DNA of 63,197 bases from NCBI GenBank assembly GCA_005889275.1, contig VBFI01000043.1, positions 1 to 63,197 on the forward strand, in the 5' to 3' direction. Below the pieces are notes generated by a model that saw only the letters and a list, made by a program, of their open reading frames with translations, was not told the DNA's origin and ran no database searches. The position numbers and the translations under genes are program-made. Positions 38,134 to 46,752 of the stretch are shown in pieces; position 1 is the stretch's first letter, and each line of letters opens with the position of its first letter. The stretch is from Chloroflexota bacterium (GTDB lineage: Bacteria; Chloroflexota; Limnocylindria; P2-11E).

Positions 38134-39935
38134 TGGCGGTCGCAGCGAGACCCAGCCAGCGGACCGGCCGCGGCTACCCGGACCTGCGCGAGCATCTCGA
38201 GGCGCTCGACCGGGCCGGCCTGCTCGTCAGGGTCCGCCGTCCGATGCTCGCCGAGACCGAGATCCATCCGCTCGTGCGGTGGCAGTACCGCGGCGGCTTG
38301 CCGGAGGAGGACTGGAACGCGTTCCTCTTCGAGGACGTCCGGACCGTGAAGGGCGGGCGGTCTCCTTTCCGCGTCGGCGTCGGCGTGCTCGCCGCATCCA
38401 GGTACGTCTACGCGACCGGCCTCGGCTGCGCGCCTGATGAGATCGCCGCCCGGTGGGAGCGCGCGCTCGCTGAGCGCATCGCGCCGACCATCGTCGAGAC
38501 CGGGCCGGTGCACGAGGAGGTGCACATGGGCGACGCGCTCCTCGAGAAGGGCGGGACCGCGGAGTTCCCGATCCCGATCTCGACGCCCGGCTTCGACAAC
38601 GGGCCGTACACGACGTGCACGCACTGGTTCACGAAGGATCCCGAGACCGGCGTGCGCAACCAGGGCAACTACCGGGGTCAGATCAAGAGCCCGACGCGCA
38701 TCGGCATCTTCCCCTCGGGGCTCGGTCAGGACGTTTACATCCACTGGCAGAAGGCGCGCAAGAAGGGAGAGCACCTGCCGGCCGCGCTGGTGATCGGCGG
38801 CCCGCCCGTGGTCAGCTATGCGGCAGTGCAAAAGGTGCCGTACGGGATCGACGAGCTCTCGATCGCCGGCGGCCTCGCGGGCGAGCCGATCCGGCTCGTG
38901 CGTTGCAAGACCGTCCCGCTCGAGGTGCCGGCCGAGGCGGAGATCGTCTTCGAGGGGTACATCAACACGCAGGAGCTCGAGGAAGAGGGCCCCTTCGGCG
39001 AGAGCCACGGCTACATGCACCCGCGCCAGCTCAATCCCTTCTTCGAGGTCACCGCGATCACGCACCGGAAGGACGCGATCTGGGTCTCGTTCATCAGCCA
39101 GGTCACGCCCTCGGAATCGAGCGTCATCAAGAAGGTCGCCTACGAGCCGATCTTCACGCAGCATCTGCGGCAGACCTGCAACATCCGCAGCGTGAAGCGC
39201 GTCGTCATGCACGAGCCGCTCACGAACCTCCGCAAGCTCATCGTCGTGCAGATGGCGAACGGCGCGCGCGAAGCGGAGATCTGGCGCGCCTTGCGCGCCG
39301 CATCGTCGTTCAACCAGGGAGTGGGAAAGATCTGCGTGGCGGTCGACGAGGACATCGATCCGGAGGACTCGACCGCGCTCTGGTGGGCGGTCTGCTACCG
39401 ATCGCGCCCCGCGCAGGACGTCGAGATCACCGGCCATCTCGAGAAGGGCCACGCGCCGCCGTTCAAGGGCACGGGCATCGAGCAGGCCGCCGAAGGGCGC
39501 GACGTCGTGGGGCACGGCGACCCGGCGGACGACAGCGGCATGCTCATCAATGCCTGCCTCAAGGAGCCGTGGCCGCCGATCTCGCTTCCGAGCAAAGAGC
39601 ACATGGAGAACGCGCTCGAGATCTGGAACGAGCTCGGCCTGCCAAAGGTCCGCCCGCAGCGGCCCTGGTACGGCTATTCGCTCGGGCAGTGGGACGCCGA
39701 GCTCGAGGAGGAGGCTCGACTCGCCCTCCTGGGGGAGCACTTCAAGACCGGAGAGAAGATGGCGAAGCGCCGCGTGAAGCTCTCCGACACCCGCGCCGCG
39801 CGAGCCGACGCCTATCTCGGCACCGACCCGGTCCCCGGCACGCCGGTCGACCGGCGAGCCGCGGAGCAGGGTCCGGGCGGGCCCGGGTACGACGACGAGG
39901 CCCCGCGCGAAGTCCCGAACGACGACGCAGTGTGA
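38133..39935 (+). CDS. UbiD-family decarboxylase, paralog 2, with ~95-aa charged C-terminal extension
   Basis: TGATG overlap with gntR. NQGNYRGQ and EGPFGESHGYM motifs. Confidence 0.85.
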   Translation: MAVAARPSQRTGRGYPDLREHLEALDRAGLLVRVRRPMLAETEIHPLVRWQYRGGLPEEDWNAFLFEDVRTVKGGRSPFRVGVGVLAASRYVYATGLGCAPDEIAARWERALAERIAPTIVETGPVHEEVHMGDALLEKGGTAEFPIPISTPGFDNGPYTTCTHWFTKDPETGVRNQGNYRGQIKSPTRIGIFPSGLGQDVYIHWQKARKKGEHLPAALVIGGPPVVSYAAVQKVPYGIDELSIAGGLAGEPIRLVRCKTVPLEVPAEAEIVFEGYINTQELEEEGPFGESHGYMHPRQLNPFFEVTAITHRKDAIWVSFISQVTPSESSVIKKVAYEPIFTQHLRQTCNIRSVKRVVMHEPLTNLRKLIVVQMANGAREAEIWRALRAASSFNQGVGKICVAVDEDIDPEDSTALWWAVCYRSRPAQDVEITGHLEKGHAPPFKGTGIEQAAEGRDVVGHGDPADDSGMLINACLKEPWPPISLPSKEHMENALEIWNELGLPKVRPQRPWYGYSLGQWDAELEEEARLALLGEHFKTGEKMAKRRVKLSDTRAARADAYLGTDPVPGTPVDRRAAEQGPGGPGYDDEAPREVPNDDAV

Positions 39936-40012
39936 TGCGCATGGCGGTCTCGTCGAAGGCGGGATGAAATGAGCGACGAGCGGTTCATCCGCGAGGAGCG
40001 AATCTGCCAGCC

Positions 40013-40480
40013 ATGAGCACGTCTGCGCGGCGGAGCCGCGAGATTGAGCAGGATCGGTATGCCGCGGCGAAGCAGATTCTCTCGCGGATCGCGGCGATCG
40101 CCGAGCATCCTGGTTCACGGACGACGCGGCTGATCCAGGCCTCACGAGAGTTCAGCGTTTCGCTCCTCCACGACGCGCAGCAGGACCTCGCGATGGCCGC
40201 CGGCCGCTCGGCCGAGGGCCCCGACAAGTTCGCGGCACTGGGGATCCCGGTCGCGACGCAGCCTGAGTTCAAGGCTCCGGCCGTCGACGGCAGTCTCGCG
40301 ATGCTCTGGTGCAGGGTCGTCGAGGAGCGCCCGACCGGCGATCACATCCTCTTCGTCGGCGAGATCCAGGGCGCCGTCACCAACGACCGGAAGTTCGACG
40401 CGCTCCTTCGATATCGGCGGCGCTACCTGCGCATGGGCCACTGGACCTCCGAGGAAGCTCCCGAGGGATACCCGACGTAG
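40013..40480 (+). CDS. Flavin-reductase-like domain protein, N-terminal half aberrant (possible remnant)
   Basis: The C-terminal 100 aa match flavin reductase domain landmarks (FSVSLL..DQ..LA..., PDKF, GDHILFVGEI, LLYRRRY). The first ~45 aa do not. Confidence 0.5.
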   Translation: MSTSARRSREIEQDRYAAAKQILSRIAAIAEHPGSRTTRLIQASREFSVSLLHDAQQDLAMAAGRSAEGPDKFAALGIPVATQPEFKAPAVDGSLAMLWCRVVEERPTGDHILFVGEIQGAVTNDRKFDALLRYRRRYLRMGHWTSEEAPEGYPT

Positions 40481-40482
40481 GC

Positions 40483-41058
40483 GTGCGGCGGATCGTCGTC
40501 GGGATCTCGGGTGCCTCCGGCGCGATCTACGGCATCCGCATGCTCGAGGCCCTGCAGAAGGCGAAGGACGTCGAGACCCACCTGATCGTCTCGACCGGCG
40601 CGAAGGCGACGATCGCGTATGAGACGCCGTGGCGGATGGAGAATGTTCTTGGCCTCGCCGACATCGTCCACGACGAGCGCGATCTCTCCGCGACCCTCGC
40701 GAGCGGCAGCTTTCAGACCCACGGCATGGTCGTCGCGCCGTGCTCGATCCGGACGATGTCGTCGATCGCCAACTCGTTGAACGACAACCTCATCGTGCGG
40801 GCGGCGGACGTCCACTTGAAGGAGCGCCGCACGCTCGTGCTCATGGTGCGCGAGACCCCGCTCCACGCGGGACACCTCCGCCTGATGCACGAGCTCGCGC
40901 TCACCGGTGCGGTCATCCTTCCGCCCGCTCCCGGCTTCTACCACCTGCCCAAGACGATCGAGGATCTCGTCGATCACAGCGTCGGCAAGGCGCTGGACCA
41001 GCTCGGGATCGAGCACGCGCTCTTCCGAAGGTGGAACGGAGTCGCCAAGACGGAGTGA
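40483..41058 (+). CDS. ubiX: Flavin prenyltransferase UbiX (prFMN synthase)
   Basis: RIVVGISGASGAIYG, VVAPCS..T...IA and LVLMVRETPLH motifs. GTG 2 nt after the upstream stop. Confidence 0.9.
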   Translation: MRRIVVGISGASGAIYGIRMLEALQKAKDVETHLIVSTGAKATIAYETPWRMENVLGLADIVHDERDLSATLASGSFQTHGMVVAPCSIRTMSSIANSLNDNLIVRAADVHLKERRTLVLMVRETPLHAGHLRLMHELALTGAVILPPAPGFYHLPKTIEDLVDHSVGKALDQLGIEHALFRRWNGVAKTE

Positions 41059-41774
41059 GCGTCCGGAGCCCGTCCGGCCTCGCCCTCCAGGTCGCCGCGG
41101 CGAGCCGGGCGCTCGCGGTCGCCGGCCTCTTCGACATGCACGGCCACCTGAGCGTCCGCGAGGGCGACATCGCGTATGTGAACGCGCACAGCGCGAGCCG
41201 GATCGCGATCCGACCCGACGAGGTCGCGAGTGTGCGCATCGGGGACGGGGCCACGGTCGGCGGGACCCCACCGAGCGAGCTGCCCATTCATCTTGAGATC
41301 TACCGGGCGCGCGCCGACGTCGGCGCGGTCGTCCACTTCCATGCGCTCTACGCGACCGCGCTGGCGGTCGCAGGGAAGCCCTTCGTCGCCGCCTTCAACG
41401 CGGGCGCCCCGTTCGGTCGCGAGGTCCCCGTCTTCGACGATCCGCGGCTCGTACGCGACGACGCGATGGGCCGGAGGGTCGCCGCCGTCGTGGGGAGCGG
41501 GCGCGCGGCGGTCCTGCGTGGGCACGGCGCGGTGATCGCCGCGGCGGGCATCGTTGACGCGGTCGCCCTGGCCCTCGAGCTCGAGGAGAGCGCTCGGCGG
41601 CTCTGGCTCAGCTACGCGATCGGCGGGCCCCGACGCTTCAGCGCGGACGAGCTCGCGAGCGTTGCCGCCGGGATCGGTGAGCCGCGCGTCACGCGCAAGA
41701 TCTGGATCGACGCGCTCGAACGTGCCCGCCTCGCGGGGGCCCTGGCCGGACTCGACATTGAGTCGCTGATCTGA
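41055..41774 (+). CDS. Class II aldolase / adducin N-terminal domain protein
   Basis: GTGA overlap with ubiX. ELPIHLEIY and VVHFHALYATA (HxH metal ligands) motifs. Confidence 0.75.
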   Translation: MSVRSPSGLALQVAAASRALAVAGLFDMHGHLSVREGDIAYVNAHSASRIAIRPDEVASVRIGDGATVGGTPPSELPIHLEIYRARADVGAVVHFHALYATALAVAGKPFVAAFNAGAPFGREVPVFDDPRLVRDDAMGRRVAAVVGSGRAAVLRGHGAVIAAAGIVDAVALALELEESARRLWLSYAIGGPRRFSADELASVAAGIGEPRVTRKIWIDALERARLAGALAGLDIESLI

Positions 41775-41877
41775 ACCCGAACGGTCCCGGCGGCCCGCCC
41801 GCGCTACGGCCTCCTCGCGCTCTGTCAAGGCAGGCCGACCCTCGCCATGGCGGGCCTCGACCCGCGCGCGTCGGCTC

Positions 41878-42639
41878 GTGATACTCCCCGGCGTGCCGGT
41901 CGATCAGGACGAGCGCGAGATCGAGGAGAGCCGGGAGAGCTACCGCGAGTGGCTCGCCGGCCCCGAGTCGTTCCTTGCGGCCGTCGCGCGTCATGAGCTC
42001 CCGATCGGCGAGACCCTGCGGTTCGGCGCGAACGCCGACGTCGACCTCCCCGACGCGGGCGCGCGCCTCGAGATCGCCGCGAGCGAGGATGGCTTCCGGG
42101 TCGATGGCTTTAAACGCGGCCCGGGGATCGTCCGGCTCGGCCGCTACCGCCTCCGGCTCTCGCACCAGAACGCGCCCGCCGTCGTGATCCTCGATCCGGA
42201 GGCGCCTCGACCGACGCTCGCGCCACGGTGGTACCCGTACGACGCGCGCTTTCGGCTGACGCTCTCGCTGGAGCCGGACGCGCTGCGGATCGCGCTCGGA
42301 TCGACGCGCGAGCACGATCGGTCGGCCGAGCGGGTGGGCTGGTTCGCGTTCACCCTGGAGGGCAACGCCTGCCGGCTCGCGGCCACGCGCCTCATCGAGC
42401 CGGGCGTGCCGAAGGACTCGCTCCAGCTCTTCTTCCGGGACCGCACCAGCGGCGAAACCACGTACGGCCTCGGCCGCTATCTCGATCTCGAGGACTCCGG
42501 AGATGGCCGCTACGTCGTCGACTTCAACCGCGCATACAACCCGGCATGCGCGTTTTCGCCCTACTACAACTGCCCGGTCCCTCCGGAAGAGAACCGCCTT
42601 CCGGTCATGATCACCGCGGGAGAGATGACACCCCGGTAG
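41878..42639 (+). CDS. DUF1684-family protein
   Basis: C-terminal AYNPACAFSPYYNCPVPPEENRLPVMITAGE is the signature of DUF1684. Confidence 0.7.
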   Translation: MILPGVPVDQDEREIEESRESYREWLAGPESFLAAVARHELPIGETLRFGANADVDLPDAGARLEIAASEDGFRVDGFKRGPGIVRLGRYRLRLSHQNAPAVVILDPEAPRPTLAPRWYPYDARFRLTLSLEPDALRIALGSTREHDRSAERVGWFAFTLEGNACRLAATRLIEPGVPKDSLQLFFRDRTSGETTYGLGRYLDLEDSGDGRYVVDFNRAYNPACAFSPYYNCPVPPEENRLPVMITAGEMTPR

Positions 42640-42684
42640 GGCTGGCATGGTCCCTGCGGCCGCTTTCCGGCAGGAGGTCACGAA

Positions 42685-42999
42685 ATGGATACACGCACCC
42701 AGGAGGTCCACGTCCCGAGCGAGCACGTGGCTGTTGTCGCGATCTTCGCGGACCGCGAGGCGGCGGAAGCCGCGATCGATGCCCTCCTCGACCAGCGCTT
42801 CACCGACGATCAGATCTCGCTCGTCGCGCGCGGCGCCGGCACCGACGAGTCCGGAAAGTTCGTGCCGGGCGGGCTCATGGTGACGGTGAATGCGACGGGC
42901 CGCGAGCACGACGCCGAGCGGATCCTCACCAGCCACGAGGCCAGCGAGGTGACGACGAACCGCGTCGGCGCGACGGGAAGGGTCGGCGAGGAGACCTAG
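42685..42999 (+). CDS. Small general-stress-like protein (YflT/DUF1269-like N-terminal domain)
   Basis: VVAIFADREAAEAAIDALLDQRF..DQISLVARG motif. 104 aa. Confidence 0.45.
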   Translation: MDTRTQEVHVPSEHVAVVAIFADREAAEAAIDALLDQRFTDDQISLVARGAGTDESGKFVPGGLMVTVNATGREHDAERILTSHEASEVTTNRVGATGRVGEET

Positions 43000-43874
43000 C
43001 GGGCGGCCGCCGGCCGCAACGAGACCGCGCTGTCGATCCAGCGGGTGATGGCGTCGGCCACATCGCGTTCGTGCCCCGAATAGAGATGGTTGGCGCCGGC
43101 GATCATCGCGCCGGTGAAGCGGTCCGGGATGACCTGCCTGAGACGCTCGAGGTCGCTCTCACCACCTACCGCGGCCTCGTCGGTGCCATACATCGCAAGG
43201 ACCGGGCAGCTCGTCGTCACGAGAAGGCCGGAGGGATCGCCAACGAGGGAGCGCGAAAGGATTGTCGCCGCGCTGAGCCGCCCGAACGTGAGTCCCGCGG
43301 TTCCGAGATCGACGAGCTCCTGTGGCCGACCGGCGTTCACGGCTTCACGGGCCCTCGCCAAGAGATCCTCGCCGGGCCGGGCGGCGAAGCCTCGGAGCGG
43401 CGGAGAGGCGAGGATCAGCCCGACGAGCTCGCGGTCGGGTCGGGCGCTCGTGTAGAGGAGCGCCTTCACGGCGCCGAGACTGTGCCCGAGCAGCACGATG
43501 CGCCTCGCGCCGGATGCGAGCGCGAGATCGATCCAGGCGTCGAGATCCTCGGCGGCGTCCTCGAGTCGTTCGAACCAGGCGCCGCCGAGGCGCACACCAT
43601 CGCGGGTCGGCAACGGAGTCGCGAGGCCCGACCCACGATTGTTGCCGGCGATGACCGTGTATCCAGCCGCACCGAGTTCGCGCCCGACCCGCACGTGCCC
43701 CTGCCGGAACACGGAGCTTCGGACCCCATGCATGTAGACGATCGCGAGATCGCTCGGCGGCGGCCCATGCCGGACGCCCTCGAGCAGCAGTCCGTCGGAG
43801 GTGTACGCGTGGAGCAGCTCTTCCGTCACCGAGTCCGGCAACGCTACTCCGCCGGACCGCGGGCCCCCGCGCAT
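42996..43874 (-). CDS. Alpha/beta-fold hydrolase
   Basis: Nucleophile elbow GHSLGA. ATG 43874 is chosen because the longer tracked ORF would run through operator E and into the SBP-4 gene. Confidence 0.7.
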   Translation of the reverse strand: MRGGPRSGGVALPDSVTEELLHAYTSDGLLLEGVRHGPPPSDLAIVYMHGVRSSVFRQGHVRVGRELGAAGYTVIAGNNRGSGLATPLPTRDGVRLGGAWFERLEDAAEDLDAWIDLALASGARRIVLLGHSLGAVKALLYTSARPDRELVGLILASPPLRGFAARPGEDLLARAREAVNAGRPQELVDLGTAGLTFGRLSAATILSRSLVGDPSGLLVTTSCPVLAMYGTDEAAVGGESDLERLRQVIPDRFTGAMIAGANHLYSGHERDVADAITRWIDSAVSLRPAAAR

Positions 43875-44031
43875 CGCGTCGATCACCGCCTGCGCGAGGA
43901 TCCAACCCCACTTCTTGCGTGTCTCGCGCTTGGTCTCGGCGTCGGGGCCGATCGCGATCGAAGACGAGCGGCTCGACGCCGCAGACGACCGCTCGCGGAG
44001 GTCTCCGCATTCTCCGCCGCGTCGGTGGTCA

Positions 44032-44046
44032 AATGGTCTTACCATT
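44032..44046. promoter_or_regulatory. Operator E: AATGGTCTTACCATT (perfect palindrome)
   Basis: Lies 34 nt upstream of the SBP-4 ATG, at the head of the SBP4-UbiD3-CoA-transferase-fni operon. Confidence 0.75.
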
Positions 44047-44079
44047 CTTGCGGAGCAACGGTTCGTGGGAGGTGTGGCC

Positions 44080-45102
44080 ATGCGTCGAGCGCTCGGTGCC
44101 GGTCTCGCTCTGGTCGTGCTGGCCGCCGCCTGTGGGGGCACCGGCCAGGTCTCGACGCCGAGCGCGTCCGCGGGTGGCACGCTCGCGCCGCCGCCGGCCG
44201 TCCACCTCGAGGTCAGCTACAGCAACGTCATCGGGGACGAGCTGCCGCTCTGGGCCACGAAGGAGGGCGGCTTCTTCGACAAGAACGGTCTTGACGTGAA
44301 CCTCTCCAACATCGCGAGCGCGCAGGGCGTGCCGGCGGTGATCGCCGGGCAGGTCACCTTCGCCCAGGTCGGCGGGTCCGAGGTCCTCTCAGCGAACGCG
44401 GGAGGCGCCGATCTCGTCGTCGTCGCGCAGCTCGCCGGCGTGTATCCCTTCGTGCTCGAGGTCGCGGCCGACATCAAGACCGTCGCCGACCTGAAGGGCA
44501 AGAAGATCGGGGTGTCGACCGTGGGCTCGTCCTCCGACATCGCGACGCGGGTGGCGCTCAAGAAGATGGGGCTCGATCCTGAGAAGGACGTGAGCATCCT
44601 GGCGGTCGGCTCCGCGGCGAACCGCGTCGCGGCGCTCTTCGCCGGATCCATCCAGGGTGGCGTCTCCCAGCCGCCGGACTCGCTCGACCTCGAGGCGAAG
44701 GGTTTCCATGTCCTCTACGACCTCGCCTCGCAGAAGCTGCCGTCGGCGAACACGTCGGTGGCCGTTCGGCGCTCGTACATCGCGCAGAACAAGGACGTCG
44801 TCCAGCGCTACGTCGACTCGATCGTCCTCGGGATCAAGAAGCTGAAGTCCGACAAGGCCTTCGGGATCTCGGTCCTGAAGAAGTACTTCAACTCGACCGA
44901 CGATGCGAAGATGGGCGTGACCTACGACTTCTACGCGCTGAGCGTCGCGCCGGTACAGCCGTTCGCGAAGCTCGAGATGTACACCGATTCGCAGGTCACG
45001 CTCGGCGCGACGAACGCTGCCGTGAAGAGCTACGACTTGAGCAAGATGCTCGACTCGACCTTCGTTCAGAGTTCGATCGACCGCAACCTCGACAAGAACT
45101 GA
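44080..45102 (+). CDS. ABC substrate-binding lipoprotein, NMT1/SsuA-like (SBP-4)
   Basis: SD GGGAGGTG. Lipobox LAAAC. DLKGKKIGVSTVGSSSD. Close paralog of SBP-2. Confidence 0.85.
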   Translation: MRRALGAGLALVVLAAACGGTGQVSTPSASAGGTLAPPPAVHLEVSYSNVIGDELPLWATKEGGFFDKNGLDVNLSNIASAQGVPAVIAGQVTFAQVGGSEVLSANAGGADLVVVAQLAGVYPFVLEVAADIKTVADLKGKKIGVSTVGSSSDIATRVALKKMGLDPEKDVSILAVGSAANRVAALFAGSIQGGVSQPPDSLDLEAKGFHVLYDLASQKLPSANTSVAVRRSYIAQNKDVVQRYVDSIVLGIKKLKSDKAFGISVLKKYFNSTDDAKMGVTYDFYALSVAPVQPFAKLEMYTDSQVTLGATNAAVKSYDLSKMLDSTFVQSSIDRNLDKN

Positions 45103-45116
45103 TCAGGGAGCAGCTG

Positions 45117-46742
45117 ATGGCAACGGCGCAAGCGGACGTCCGGCGGAAGGCGGCAAAGACCCCGCTCCGCGATCCGAGGGAGGCGCCTCGAGCGCCGCAG
45201 GAGGCCCTTCGCTCGCTCCCGAAGACGATCGAGTGGCTGCGCCGTGAGGGCCTGCTCATGGAGACGGACACCCCGGTATCGGGAGACCTCGAGCTCACCG
45301 GCATCCAGAAGCACTTCGATGGGAGCTATCCCATCCTCTTCAACAATGTGAAGGGCTACCCGAACGTGCGGGCGATCACGAACTTCTTCGCGAACATGGA
45401 CATCGTCGATCGCCTCTTCGGATGGCAGGACCGCACCGCCCGCACACGCGAGCTCGCGCACGCGCTCACGCACCCGATCCCGAGCGAGGTCGTCTCGCAG
45501 GAGGAGGCGCCCTGTCAGCAGGAGGTCATCACCGACGACCTCGACGTGAACAAGTACATCCTGCCGATCCGGCATACCCACCTCGAGTCGGAGATCACGA
45601 TCGGCTCCGGCAACAGCGTCGTCGTCGGCGACAAGTTCTGGGGCGGCAGCCACATCGGCTACAACCGCATGAACTTCCGCTGGGGCAACATCGGCACCTT
45701 CCAGATCTCGCCCGGCTCGCACATGTGGCAGGTCATGACGAAGTACTACAAGGACGAGCCGGTCCCGCTCACGGTTTGCTTTGGACTCCCCGCGGCGGCG
45801 ACGCTGCTCGCGGGCGGCGGCTTCGACTATGTCGTGCTCCCGCGCGGCGGCGACGAGCTCGGCGCGGCCGGCGCGGTGCAGGGGTTCCCGATGCGCCTCG
45901 TGAAGGCTCGCACCGTCGACGCGTACGCGGTCGCCGACTGCGAGTACGTGCTCGAGGGCTACCTCCATCCCCGCGACAAGCGGTATGAGACGAAAGAGGC
46001 CGAGGAGCACGACACCCAGGGGCGCTACCACTTCCACCCGGAATGGGCCGGCTACATGGGCAAGGCGTACAAGGCGCCGACCTTCCACGTCAGCGCGATC
46101 ACGATGCGCCGGCGCTCGGATCGCCCGTTCATCTACCCGATGGGCGTGCACATGTACGACTGCAACAACATCGACACGACCGTGCGCGAGGCGGCATTCT
46201 TCGAGTTGTGTGAAAGGATTCAGCCGGGGCTGATCCAGGACGTCAACATCCCGTTCCCGATGACCGACTGGGCCGGCGCGATCCTGCAGGTGCGCAAGCG
46301 CCTCAAGACCGACGACGGCTTCACGAGAAACTTCCTCGCCGCGGCGATGGCCTGCAGCTCGGGCATGCGCCTCTGCATCGCGGTCGACAGCGACGTCGAC
46401 ATCTACTCGATGGACGACATCATCTGGGCGCTCACGACGCGGGTGAACCCGCGCGACGACATCCTGAATCCGGTGCCAGGGGGCGCGGGACAGACGTTCA
46501 TCCCGTCGGAACGGCTCACCGCGGGTGGCGCGCAGTGGACCGCGATGAACACGCGGTTCGAAGGCGGCATGGCGATCGACGCGACCGTTCCGTACGGGTT
46601 CGAGAACGACTTCATGCGGCCGGTCTATCCGATCGACCGGGTGGACCCCTCAGGTTGGTTCGACGAGGACCAGATCACGAAGGGCAAGGCGGCCATGAAG
46701 ACGTCGTCGTGGGCGGAGGTCCTCGCGCGCACCGGCCGCTAA
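45117..46742 (+). CDS. UbiD-family decarboxylase, paralog 3 (divergent active-site region)
   Basis: Overall UbiD architecture (NNVKGYP, IGYNRMNF, HPEWAGYMG in place of EGPFGE.TGY, C-terminal AIDATVPY). Confidence 0.75.
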   Translation: MATAQADVRRKAAKTPLRDPREAPRAPQEALRSLPKTIEWLRREGLLMETDTPVSGDLELTGIQKHFDGSYPILFNNVKGYPNVRAITNFFANMDIVDRLFGWQDRTARTRELAHALTHPIPSEVVSQEEAPCQQEVITDDLDVNKYILPIRHTHLESEITIGSGNSVVVGDKFWGGSHIGYNRMNFRWGNIGTFQISPGSHMWQVMTKYYKDEPVPLTVCFGLPAAATLLAGGGFDYVVLPRGGDELGAAGAVQGFPMRLVKARTVDAYAVADCEYVLEGYLHPRDKRYETKEAEEHDTQGRYHFHPEWAGYMGKAYKAPTFHVSAITMRRRSDRPFIYPMGVHMYDCNNIDTTVREAAFFELCERIQPGLIQDVNIPFPMTDWAGAILQVRKRLKTDDGFTRNFLAAAMACSSGMRLCIAVDSDVDIYSMDDIIWALTTRVNPRDDILNPVPGGAGQTFIPSERLTAGGAQWTAMNTRFEGGMAIDATVPYGFENDFMRPVYPIDRVDPSGWFDEDQITKGKAAMKTSSWAEVLARTGR

Positions 46743-46752
46743 CCGCGCGGTA

